Assembly: GCA_950097015.1 (NCBI GenBank)
Contig: CATNEN010000032.1
Location: forward strand, 434,001-498,000
DNA: 64,000 nt
Source: Macrostomum hystrix
Taxonomy: Eukaryota > Animalia > Platyhelminthes
Direction of reading: 5' to 3'
Shown: positions 13,080 through 25,327 of the stretch, piece after piece
Numbering within the stretch: the stretch's first letter is position 1
Layout of the letters: each line of letters begins with the position of its first letter
Notes under the pieces: generated by a model
Database searches by the model: none
What the model was told of the DNA's origin: nothing
The model's input: only the letters and a program-made list of their open reading frames with translations
Made by a program: the position numbers and the translations under genes

Positions 13080-14642
13080 TCAATGCACCAGTTCATCAGT
13101 GCATCAGTCCATCAGTGCACCAGTTCATCAGTGCATCAGTCCATCAGTGCACCAGTCCATCAATGCATCAGTCCATCAATGCACCAGTCCATCAATGCAC
13201 CAGTCCATCAATGCACCAGTCCATCAGTGCATCAGTCCATCAATGCATCAGTCCATCAATGCACCAGTTCATCAATGCATCAGTCCATCAATGCATCAGT
13301 CCATCAATGCATCAGTCCATCAGTGCATGAGTCCATCAGTGCATCAGTCCATCAATGCACCAGTCCATCAATGCACCAGTCCATCAGTGCATCAGTCCAT
13401 CAGTGCACCAGTTCATCAGTGCATCAGTCCATCAGTGCATCAGTCCATCAATGCATCAGTCCATCAGTGCATCAGTCCATCAATGCACCAGTCCATCAAT
13501 GCACCAGTCCATCAGTGCATCAGTCCATCAGTGCATCAGTCCATCAATGCATCAGTCCATCAGTGCACCAGTCCATCAATGCACCAGTTCATCAGTGCAT
13601 CAGTCCATCAGTGCATCAGTCCATCAATGCACCAGTCCATCAGTGCATCAGTCCATCAATGCACCAGTCCATCAGTGCATCAGTCCATCAATGCACCAGT
13701 TCATCAGTGCATCAGTCCATCAGTGCACCAGTTCATCAGTGCATCAGTCCATCAGTGCACCAGTCCTTCAATGCACCAGTCCATCAATGCATCAGTCCAT
13801 CAATGCACCAGTCCATCAATGCATCAGTCCATCAATGCACCAGTTCATCAATGCATCAGTCCATCAATGCATCAGTCCATCAATGCATCAGTCCATCAGT
13901 CCATCAGTCCATCAGTGCATCAGTCCATCAATGCATCAGTCCATCAATGCACCAGTCCATCAATGCACCAGTCCATCAGTCCATCAATGCATCAGTCCAT
14001 CAATGCATCAGTCCATCAGTGCATCAGTCCATCAGTGCATCAGTCCATCAATGCATCAGTCCATCAATGCATCAGTCCATCAATGCACCAGTCCATCAAT
14101 GCACCAGTCCATCAGTCCATCAGTCCATCAGTGCATCAGTCCATCAATGCATCAGTCCATCAGTGCATCAGTCCATCAATGCACCAGTCCATCAATGCAC
14201 CAGTCCATCAGTGCATCAGTCCATCAGTGCATCAGTCCATCAATGCATCAGTCCATCAGTGCACCAGTCCATCAATGCACCAGTTCATCAGTGCATCAGT
14301 CCAACAGTGCATCAGTCCATCAATGCACCAGTCCATCAATGCACCAGTCCATCAGTCCATCAGTGCATCAGTCCATCAATGCACCAGTTTATCAGTGCAC
14401 CAGTCCATCAATGGACTAGTCCATCAATGCATCAGTCCATCAATGCACCAGTCCATCAATGCACCAGTCCATCAATGCACCAGTCCATCAGTCCATCAGT
14501 GCATCAGTCCATCAATGCACCAGTTTATCAGTGCATCAGTCCATCAATGCACCAGTTTATCAGTGCACCAGTCCATCAATGGACTAGTCCATCAATGCAT
14601 CAGTCCATCAATGCATCAGTCCATCAATGCACCAGTCCATCA
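13080..14642. repeat. 16-bp minisatellite (GCA[C/T]CAGTCCATCA[A/G]T)n, about 95-100 units
   Basis: Stop-free in the plus frames; explains the 529-aa and 567-aa SVHQ ORFs. Confidence 0.95.
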
Positions 14643-15364
14643 ATACATCAATCCTTTATTTCATAAGTTTCAAAATGTTCGCAGCAAACTGTTTATACCC
14701 CCATCTATAGAGATTTTGGTTTGGGTGACATTAGCCAATATAGACACCTGTTTGTTCTATTACTTGTTATGCAATCGCGTACTTTACACGTTCCTGCTAT
14801 AACAGGCAAAGCCTAAACGACAAATGGGCATCTGGCAAAGTGAATTCGGAAAGTGCAGTCATCTCTGCGTAACGCAGCTGCGATCTTAGAGAACAACTAT
14901 AGGCCCTATTAGTATTAATGATAATTTCATACATTTCCGGCTTACATGACGCAATCACATGAGCTACTCGCCAGGTGCACTATTGCATTAATCAGGAGCA
15001 AACGCACTGAGGTCTGGCTCATCAGCTTCTCATCATGAGCGATTCAAATCAGCCAGACATTCAGCTAGTCAGCTAGTCCCACTAGAGACAAATCCAGGGG
15101 TCTCTGGGGGGAGGGGAGCGGTCCTAGCTCCTCGATCCTGCCCGAAGGGCGCGGGGGCCACGAAGGGTGAGATAACAGGTGGTGCGAGAAGGGCATAAGT
15201 GGTAGATTGGCGGAGATGGATAGCACCTGATCCAAGGGGGCTCGCGGCCCGCCACCTGCTCAGCCGCAATGCTCATCACAAAATCCTCAATCGGGTTCCG
15301 ATTGCCGCTAAGCCATTTCTCCATTTTTTTCCTCCTCAATAGGGCAATTTAATTGGGCGTCGGC

Positions 15365-15559
15365 GGATTAGGAAAGAAAAAAATGTGTCCAGATCATGGT
15401 GCCGTTGCAATCGTTTCTGCCCTGCTACCCCTCTGTTATCTCATTCCCGTGGGATTTAGGCCAAATATTGGAATGAGATGAGGCGGCACAGAATTATGGG
15501 GGGGCTGGTTGAGTAACTGCGGATTAACACTCTAGCGGGTGCTGAGGGCGGGCTAATCC
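15365..15559. promoter_or_regulatory. Candidate Bsx upstream enhancer with three K50-homeodomain (TAATCC/GGATTA) sites
   Basis: GGATTA at 15365 and 15521, TAATCC at 15554, inside a TAAT-rich non-repetitive block about 4 kb upstream of Bsx. Confidence 0.35.
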
Positions 15560-15808
15560 TGCCTGACCCTTGCTGGTCTAGGTGACTGTCATCAAATTAT
15601 TGCCAACCTGCGGTAACAAATCTTATGCGTATGTGCGCCTGGAGATCGTGACCGACTGGCAGGCTGCCAAATCAGCCAATTTCACGGCGCTGCGAACCTC
15701 GCGCTTTCGTAGCGTAGCGGTGGGAGGAAAACTGACGGTCAACAAGAATATTGATAATTCTCAGTTTAATCAAATGCTAATTTTCTAAGAAGACTGCAGA
15801 TAGAGCAG

Positions 15809-15950
15809 GTGGAGAGGCAAATCTCCCAGATCCTCAGGTGGGAGAGTCGAATCTCCCAGATCCTCAGGTGGGAGTGGCGAATCTCCCAGATCCTCAGGTG
15901 GGAGAGTCGAATCTCCCAGATCCTCAGGTTAGGAGAGACAAATTTCCCAA
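15809..15950. repeat. 30-bp minisatellite (GTGGGAGAGTCGAATCTCCCAGATCCTCAG), 4-5 copies
   Basis: Direct reading; most units contain a GGGAG...CTCCC mini-stem. Confidence 0.9.
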
Positions 15951-17956
15951 ATCTTTAGTTAACCTGTTACCAGGCAAGCAGGAGCAGCAGCAGTTGCTAC
16001 TTCGGCCTCAGGTGGTGAATCTGAAACCGATTTTTCCTGATTTCTAGGCTGATGGACCAGCCGATGGGAGCAAAGAGCGGAAGCTGCTCTCCCCCGAACG
16101 AATGTGCTCTCGAAATCCCAGAAGGGAAATCACAGACGGGACAGCTCGCACGCATCATTTGGCATAATTGGGGAGGAGGTGGTTGGCGTGGGGGGGTTTC
16201 TGCCGAATGAAGGCTGGGAACGCTGCTACAGGTAGTTCTGCGGCGGTGGAAGCTCCCCCAGCTTAATAGGGAGCATGATGAGGCTGTTGGGCCAGTCGGT
16301 AATTGCCGCAGATCATGCCCTAGTTGCGGCCTTAATCTGTATTATTTCAACCTAATTACCCGGAGATTATGTCACAGAATGGGATCATTAGATTATCAGT
16401 GTGTGAGTGTGTGTGTAGGGCAGCGGATTCGCATGCAAGACACTTCAAGGATTTAGTCCCATCCTCCATCAGTTCTTATCTATTTTTTCTATAATCTTAT
16501 CCCGCAACGTAGAGAAGCCGCAGTGGTCGTGAGAATGAGTCCGATGGGAACTGCATCACTTCCCCTAATTAGGGCCAATTAAAGCCACCTGGCTGCACTC
16601 CTGGACCCGGCTGTGTTCATTGCCTGCTCGCGCCATTATCTGTCGCTATTCTGCAACTTGTTTAACTGTCTTTCGGACCTCCTGCACCACTGGCCTGTTT
16701 CTCAGCGGGGTGACATTTCTGTGTCCCGCTCTGTGACTAATGAATTTCAGTCATAATCATAAACTGTTTCTCATTTCTCAATCAGTAGTCAGAACGGCGA
16801 AACAGCGGGGACAGGAATTTCTCGGCAGCAGCAGCAGCGGCGGCGGCGGCGGCGGTGACAGCTTCGTCAGGCCGATCAATGAGCAGCTAATGATCAGTTT
16901 TCTTTGTGTTAATTAGATGAAGGCGGCCTCTGAGCCCGCTTGAGGCCGCATCGCGTGGTGGGCGGGAGTGAGACTGCCGCGCCTGCATTGCCTTCCCGTG
17001 TGCGGCCCAATTTAGGCGGGCCGAAATTCGATTAGCAAATTCATTGGCATATACTGAGAGTCTGGCAGCAGTCATCAGCCTGCTCACCCGCGCTGAGAAT
17101 AAACTCAACTCACAACCCGCCGGCTGCATTAGGAGAAAATGGAAATCACTTAAACAGCAGCAGAACCAAACTGTAGGCCCGGGCTAGAAAAACTGCCAAT
17201 TTCTCCCTCAGATTAATTGCTCCTAATTGGGACAAGCGGCTGCTACTAGCGAAGGGGATTTGGCGACTAAACAAATCCCGGATTTCTACTCTCTCTGATG
17301 TGTGTGTGTCGGATCCCCGCTGAGATTTGCCCGCCTCCATCCTTTGTAATTGACTCCATCCAATCCTATTAGCAGTCGTGATTGGCCACTACATTCGCAT
17401 TTCTTCCCACTGTTACCCCCTCCGATGCGCTGATTCCGTGATTTCTGTGTCAGCCGCGATCAACACGAATTCTGACTGGGGGAGAGTAAAAAAATCGAAT
17501 TTCAACAGTTTCTTAATGAAGCCAGCGGGGCTCCGGCGTGAGCGCAAAATCCCTTGTTAGCGATGGCATCTCAGCCTAGCCCCCGCGGCTAGCAAGATTG
17601 ATAATCAAGACAATCAATTAGTGGATAAAAAAGCAGCAGACAAATGTTGCTCAAACTTAGACTTAGAGAAGTTTTTGAAGCAAACAAATCTTTTTGTGAC
17701 ATCATCTGCGTAAAACAGTACCTGGTATTCTGGCAGTTAACACTTGTATTAACATTGAAATGCCTCAGATTTCAGCACTCCTGTTATCACCTAATCAAAT
17801 GTCACACAATCAAGGCCATGATTTCATTTTACATATTGTAATCACTATTAGCTGTACAATGTGATAATGTGGGGGCATGGTTAGACAAAGAATAATTTAT
17901 GACAATTAGCACTATAGTGAAAAGAACGACCATATCAAACTTAAAAATGATATACA

Positions 17957-18319
<363 letters not shown>

Positions 18320-19389
18320 CAGTAAGCATGAAAATCACTTTCCGCCCAAATTTCAATTCATTAGCAAAAGAGGGCATGAAACTGGCAATTCAACAGACGA
18401 TAGCAGCGGAGAAGCAGGTTTTGGTTCGGTTCTTAACTGCTCCAGTGGATCACGAAAGATCTTAATTTGCGCGCCGGGCCCTCTAAAGCAAGGGAAACTT
18501 ATCCCCTTTAACCGGCTCGATGGCGTGCCCGAGTCGGGAATTAACGGAGTGGGGAGCTAAGCAGCATTTGGCAGCCCTCTGATTTCGCGAGGAAGGAGGT
18601 GTCGGAATTTAAGGAAATTGGCGGCAGGGCTAAGTGGCCGCCTAACGAACTAAAAGGTTCCCTGGCTTCCAATTAACTTTCACTTTGGGATACCGTTACT
18701 AATGACTCGGCGGTTGGGCTAATCTAGATTATTTTTTATCAATTATTCCTCTCTTACCTGCATTCTTCATTTGATTCAATTTCTCCAACTTGTGTAAAGT
18801 AATAGGAATAAGAATCTGCGAATCCCAAAACGACGCCCTCGTGTCCCCTGACAAAATCCTTCTATTCCCAAACAGCATCCTCCTGTCCCCAGACAAAATC
18901 CTTCTATTCCCAAACAATATCCACCATTTTCCAGAAAAATCATTCCATTCTTAATTAGAATCCTTCATCTCTAAGTTTCACCGAATCGTGAAATCGGTTC
19001 CTTTAAAACTAGCTTTAGATATTAAAAGAAACTGAAGTTTTTAACGTAAAAAAGTGACCCACTTTTCGAGGTCACAGCTACGAGTAAGCAACAGTTCCAC
19101 GCTAGCTGACCAGTTGGTCGGGTTAGAGTTAGTTGGAGATGGATGAGCCTGTCTGTCGCTTGAACTCAAGCGCAGCCTCCTGAACCAATCAAGCCCCGGT
19201 CTCAATCGCTGATTGGTTGTTGGCTTCGGGCTCGGAGGAGGTAGGGCAGTTTTGAGTAGGAAAATTGAAGATCTCTTCTGAGCAGAAATATAGCAAATCT
19301 CGAGCCATAGAAACCTGCTCTTAACCGGAACAGAAGCAGCAACAGCTCAGAGAAAGTCGGTATCATTGAGCACAGGCAGCATTTGTGAC

Positions 19390-22300
19390 ATGGCCGCACC
19401 CAAACCGCAAAGCCTCGGCAGCGCATTCAAGATCGACAACCTGTTGAAGGAGACGAAGCCGCCGGCCAGTTCGACCTTCCAGCCGGCGACGTCGTCGCAG
19501 CTGATGTCCGCCGAGCTGCCGGCGCTGTTCGCCGCCGCGGGACTGCCGCATCCTCCGCCGCCGCCACCGCAGCTGGGGCACCAGCGCGGTCCCTTCGACT
19601 TTGGCGCTGGTTTTCCGTATCCGCCAATTCTGCCGCCGCTCAGCGCCGCCTACAAGTGCGACTCGGCCGCCTTCTTCCTGCCAGGCGGAGGTGAGTGCAC
19701 GGCACCTGCCGATTCTAGATTCAGAGATCCATTGTGCCAGCTTAACTGTAGTGCAGATAATTCATGTCTATGCTCAAAAGGAAGACACTATTTGACCTCA
19801 CCAAGGACTTCTAAATATGCAGAGCTCGTAGCCCAGCGGTTTAATTCTCCAGGGCTTCAGTTGGACTAGACATTTCTCAAGAAACCTAGGCCACTGGCTT
19901 GTCATTAGCTCGACGCCGCGAGAACGATCGTGATTTTTATTGATGCTATGTACAGAAGTCCTTGGTCTAGTCCATCATAGCATTAGTCAATATTTATAAT
20001 ATTGCAGGAATTCTGCCAAGTAAAACATCAAATAAAAGCGTCATGAATCTCTGCAGGACACATTTCCCAGATGTTCCGATTTTGTAAGAAATTTTGGAAG
20101 TTAATAAGAAGGATGAAATAATCAGTTTTTTTTCGGGAAAATCGCTCTACAGGACTTCTATTAATTTTCGTGGGCCCTTCCCGCTGTGAAAATTGTAACC
20201 TTAGCAATTGTGCATGCAGCAATAAATAACGGGGAGAGGCCACTCCCTGCAGATCCCACAGAATCCCTGCTCTCTCTCTCCGGAGAGCCCCGCACAATTG
20301 CCAGTTTCCTGTAACACAATTGCCGCCCGAATTCTTAGCCATCAACTTGTTATCGCTTTAGCCTGGGGGGGGAGGCGCCAGTTTCCAAGAAACATGATTT
20401 GTGTCAAATCAAGTTAACAGCCACTGACGCTTTATTCAATCAGAGTTCCGCTACTCGAAAATCGACACCCAAAAGCGCCGGGAAAACATCGAAAGAGCGC
20501 GACTTGACGAAATCCATTTGCTTGAAATTGAGTCACTCGTGGAGCAGTCGCTTAGGCTGTAGTCAAGCTAGACAAGAAATCCCACCATCTTAAGATTGCG
20601 AAACGAGAGTCCAAAGCCTGCCGCCCGCTTGGTGTCTAGATGAGGACTAAAGGGAGACAGGCTTGAGGGGGGTGGCATTTATCCCTGATTGAGGCTGGGA
20701 CAAATTTTATCCATATCCCATTCTGCTCCGCTTTTCCTTCTAACCCCCTCCCTGTTTCCTCACCATCTCCTCCTCTTTAGCCCTGCTAGGCGCTCCCCTT
20801 TTCGGCCGCCAGGAGACGGCAATGCGCAATTAGGCCAGAGGGATAATAATCCCTTCACCGCAGCGAGAAAAGATAATTGGCTGCCAATTTACTAGAACTG
20901 TTGCATCTCCTGGTTGCCGAAATTTGTGCCGTTTAGGGGGATTGGGAGCATAATCCCACCAGGTAGCTAATTCCCTTTTATTTCTCTAATCCCACCCTGA
21001 CAAACTCTCTTTCTCTCGGTTCGTTAACTTCTTTTGCGTCTGAAGGACAGAAAATTAAAAGAGAGGCAAAGAGTGGAAAACTTATAGATCGGAGAAATCA
21101 GGAGGGAGGTTTGATTTCTTTGTACAAGTAGTTTCGGATCAATCCTGTTTCAGGCAAGTGAAGATTTGCTGAGCTTTCGCGTAATAGCTCGTATATGTCA
21201 TTTAGAGAAATGGTTAATTGCTTGTACTCGCATATTAAAGTAATCTACGAATAATATGAGATTTAGTTAGCTAGATTGCTTAGTTAGCTAGCCAAGCAAT
21301 GTACATGTTTAACTTTTTATAAAGTGTACACGCTGTACACCGAACCCCCAAAACAGCACCCATCCCAATTCCCGCAGTGTGCAAACCAAATCAACCCTCC
21401 TGCACACCCACCTCAATTCCCGCAGTGTGCGAACCAAATCAACCCTCCTGCACACCCACCTCAATTCCCGCAGTGTGCGAACCAAATCAACCCTCCTGCA
21501 CACCCACCTCAATTCCCGCAATGTGCGAACCAAATCAACCCTCCTGCACACCCACCTCAATTCCCGCAGTGTGCGAACCAAATCAACCCTCCGACGCACC
21601 CGCCCCAATTCCCGCAGTGTGCCAACAAACCAGCCTACGACGCACCCACCCCAATTCCCGCAGTGTGCAAACAAATCAACCCTCCGACGCACCCACGCTA
21701 ATTCCCGCAGCGTGCAAACAAATCAACCCTCCTGCGCACCCACCTCAATTCCCGCAGTGTGCGAACAAATCAACCCTCCGACGCACCCACGCTAATTCCC
21801 GCAGCGTGCAAACAAATCAACCCTCTGACGCACCCACCCCAATTCCCGCAGTGTGCGAACAAATCAACCCTCCGACGCACCCACGCTAATTCCCGCAGCG
21901 TGCAAACAAATCAACCCTCTGACGCACCCACCCCAATTCCCGCAGTGTGCGAACAAATCAACCCTCCGACGCACCCACGCTAATTCCCGCAGCGTGCAAA
22001 CAAATCAACCCTCCTGCGCACCCACCTCAATTCCCGCAGTGTGCGAACCAAATCAACCCTCTGACGCACCCACCCCAATTCCCGCAGTGTGCAAACAAAT
22101 CAACCCTCCGACGCACCCACGCTAATTCCCGCAGCGTGCAAACAAATCAACCCTCCGACGCAACCACCCCAATTCCCGCAGCGTGCAAACAAATCAACCC
22201 TCCGACGCAACCACCCCAATTCCCGCAGCGTGCAAACAAATCAACCCTCCGACGCACCCACCCCAATTCCCGCAGTGTGCAAACAAATCAACCCTCCGAC

Positions 22301-22785
22301 GCACTCATCCCAATTCCCACAGTCTGCAAACCAATCAACCCTCCTGCGCACCCACCTCAATTCCCGCAGTGTACCCATCGATTTCTCTCTACGGCGGTGA
22401 CCAATCCGGAAAGGCCTGTCGCAGGCGCAAGGCTCGTACGGTGTTTAGCGACGCCCAATTGTCTGGTCTTGAGCAGCGCTTTGAAACTCAGCGCTACTTG
22501 AGTACACCGGAGCGGATCGAGCTGGCCAATCAGCTCAGCCTGACGGAGGTGCAGGTGAAAACCTGGTTCCAGAACAGGCGAATGAAGCACAAGAAGCTAG
22601 TGCGCAAGCAGACTGGTCAGCAGGGCGCCGGCGGAGTCCTAGGAGGCGGCGTCGGCGACATCCGAGACCACTGCAGCGGCGCTGACGACGGCCGCGCCTC
22701 ACTCAGCAGCTTTGTTGACGACGATGAAGTAGGCGACGCAGACAGGGATGACGACCTGAGTCCAGCCTCCATTGAAGAGCCATGA
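19390..22785 (+). CDS. bsx: Brain-specific homeobox (Bsx/Bsh) transcription factor, about 238 aa
   Basis: join(19390..19690,22370..22785), phase 1, GGAG|GTGAGT donor and TTCCCGCAG acceptor. N-terminal eh1 motif FKIDNLL. The homeodomain [59 protein letters not shown] matches the Bsx signature. Confidence 0.93.
20847..20996. promoter_or_regulatory. Candidate intronic enhancer with three TAATCC (Otx/K50-type) sites
   Basis: TAATCC at 20847, 20951 and 20987; the last two both read TAATCCCACC. Confidence 0.4.
21350..22372 (+). repeat. 47/48-bp minisatellite, about 22 units, each carrying a copy of the Bsx 3' splice site
   Basis: Unit CCTCAATTCCCGCAGTGTGCGAACCAAATCAACCCTCCTGCACACCCA. The CAG of the last unit (AG at 22368-22369) is the acceptor of exon 2. 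Confidence 0.92.
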
Positions 22786-23598
22786 ACGTTCTGATTGGAT
22801 GATTCACATATATAACAATTGCTTTTTCCGACAAATTCTCCTGCAAGCTTGTGTTTCATTTGTTCTCCAGTATTTCACATGTCCTTGATTATTTCAGCGT
22901 AAAAATTGCGAGTTAAAAAAATTGTTAATTTTGTCATGCAGATTAAGCTATAGGTCCATTAAGTTTTCAATTTATGCGAAATTCTACTTTCGTATTATTC
23001 AGTAATTTGCCGAATCCACGACTCCTCCCAGCTATAAAAATCCTAGGTGTACAAAAAATTCACGTGTTTTGTACATAGCAAAGGTTTTAGTTCAATATAC
23101 TCGTATTGAATTTTTTAACTTTCCATGGCGTAAAATCTAATATACTAAAAATGAAAATCTTGCTTGCTTGCTTGCTTTACTGACTAAAAATGACTCAAAT
23201 CGACCATCTAAGCGCGATCTCTAAAAGGTAGTTACGCAGAATATTTAAAGATTCAATAAAAAGAAATATATCTGACAAAATGCAAGTATTGATTGTTGCT
23301 CTTGATTTATAAAGAATATAAATGTATAATTTTCGCTGAACTCTTTTGTAAATATAAATTATTTAGGCGTGGATGAGACAATTATTACACGGGATACATG
23401 TATGATACCAGATGTACCGTCCAATATGATAAAATAAAATGTTTAGAGATATTAAACAGAAAACGACGCTGATGTTATGACGTGTCATGGAAACTGTCTT
23501 TATTCTTCCTGATCCAGTATATACGATGGCAAATCAGGATCTGCTGGAGGTCCGAGCTTACAACTCGAAACAACTTTAACATTAAGTAAATTCATTGC

Positions 23599-24559
23599 CA
23601 GTGTTGGGCATCGTTAACTTTTTATAACGGATTAAACATCGATCCGTTAAAGTTAAAATTACAAAAAAGTTAACGTTTTACAACATTAGCCGTTAATTTC
23701 AGAAAAAAGTTAACGTTTCAGCGTTAAAACGCGTTAATTTAAAAGCGTTAAAAAATAAAATTAGTAAAGGGCACGAGAAACCAACACGGCAACACATGAT
23801 TTCCAAAGTAATTTTCATGAGACACCATTTTCAAGTGGTGTTTCCAGAGTCAGCTGATGCATTAACAGTTTGACCACTAGTCACAATCACAACCGCACTA
23901 CCAGTCTACCACTATACTAAGGTATACACTGATAGAACGACTCTAATATTGTAGAGACTTTTAACCAGTCAGCAGATTCATTGGAGAACTCGAAACAAAT
24001 TCAGAGTATATTGCACACCTCATCTATCTCAACTTCTGTAACTTTATTCTTTCCGTAAGAGAAACCAACATCATGCGTAGCAGCGGTTTCTGTTTGAAAT
24101 TTTGATTAGCGCAATATGCGTTTAAAATGATTAACAGATTAACAAATAATGCATACTAAGCATTATTAATCAGTTAATATCAATACTATAGTCACAGCCA
24201 AACTGAAACTGTGCCAAACTATTAATCAATAATAATAATAACCAGTGGGCATTGGCACTATCCAACTCAGCGAAACCACGTGAATTGGTCACTTGGGCCA
24301 ACTTCGATCTAGACCGATTCTCTGAAATTGTTGCGAAAAAATGCTGAGTTTAAGTCTTTTCATTTGACGCGAATTTTGTGCAAAATTCGTAATTAACGGA
24401 AGTTAACTGCAGTTAAATCGTCAAAAAAGTAACGGAAATCAGGAATCCGTTAAAATAAAAAAAATTAACTGAGATCCGTTAAAGTAAAAAAAACGTTAGC
24501 GGACTTTAACGGACTTTAACGGTTAACGGACATTAACGACTTGTGCCCAACACTAGCTG
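23599..24559. mobile_element. Non-autonomous hAT-like DNA transposon (MITE), 961 bp
   Basis: Left end CAGTGTTGGGCA; right end TGCCCAACACT(AGCTG); 8-bp TSD TTCATTGC at 23591-23598 and 24560-24567; many subterminal CGTTAA/TTAACG motifs; no ORF. Confidence 0.8.
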
Positions 24560-25327
24560 TTCATTGCACACTAAACTCTGCATTGCTTAATTTCAGTCCA
24601 CCGTGCCGTTAAATGGGAAACTAGCATTAGCTTAGCTGGGGTAATTGAGGGGAGTGTGGTGTCCCTCCCAATACGTGGACTGTCGGCTGTATATTTTGCG
24701 GACCCAAATGGGGCAGGATTGAAATCAAGAATAGTCTTTTGCGTGTTTATTAATATTAGGTCATCGAACTAATAAGTCATTTCATAATTTCATAATTCAT
24801 AATTCACTCACTCATGACAAAAAGGGAAGATGAAGTTAATATGTTATATCAAATGGGTGATTTAAAAATGAATGGTAACATGAATTTTGAAAATATAATA
24901 TAAAAAGAGTTATATATGCAATGTGCAAGGGAAAAGTAATTTACGTTTTCATTCAAAAGCTAAAGACTGTGTAAATGAAGGCTGATTTGAAGGCTTTATA
25001 TAGTAAAATTAAATATACTGAGCAGATCAACAATAAACTATGCCATTTTGGTAAAAAATTAATAGACAGAGGGCCAACAAAATCAACAAAAAGCACATTT
25101 GTTTGTTACGCTTTTACAGCATTAGTGAGACACTAGTCTCTTTTTTATAAATAAAATTAGACGTGTTGTTTTTTGAAATATAAAAAATCGAAAGAGAAGG
25201 AATTTTCTATATTTTTGTTAAACTCTTGTAATAGCGTCCTTGGATTATTCATTTTTTTATTTACACGATTTTTACTGGAATTTACACGAATTGACGTATA
25301 ATTTTTTAACTTTAAAGAACAATACAA

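Noticed and set aside
13077-14802. 529-aa and 567-aa His/Gln/Ser ORFs
   Set aside because: The 16-bp period is not a multiple of 3 and the array is open in all plus frames, which is a repeat artefact.
21309-22501. Multiple Pro/Gln-rich ORFs upstream of the homeobox
   Set aside because: They derive from the intronic 47/48-bp array; the true N-terminus is the eh1-containing exon at 19390.
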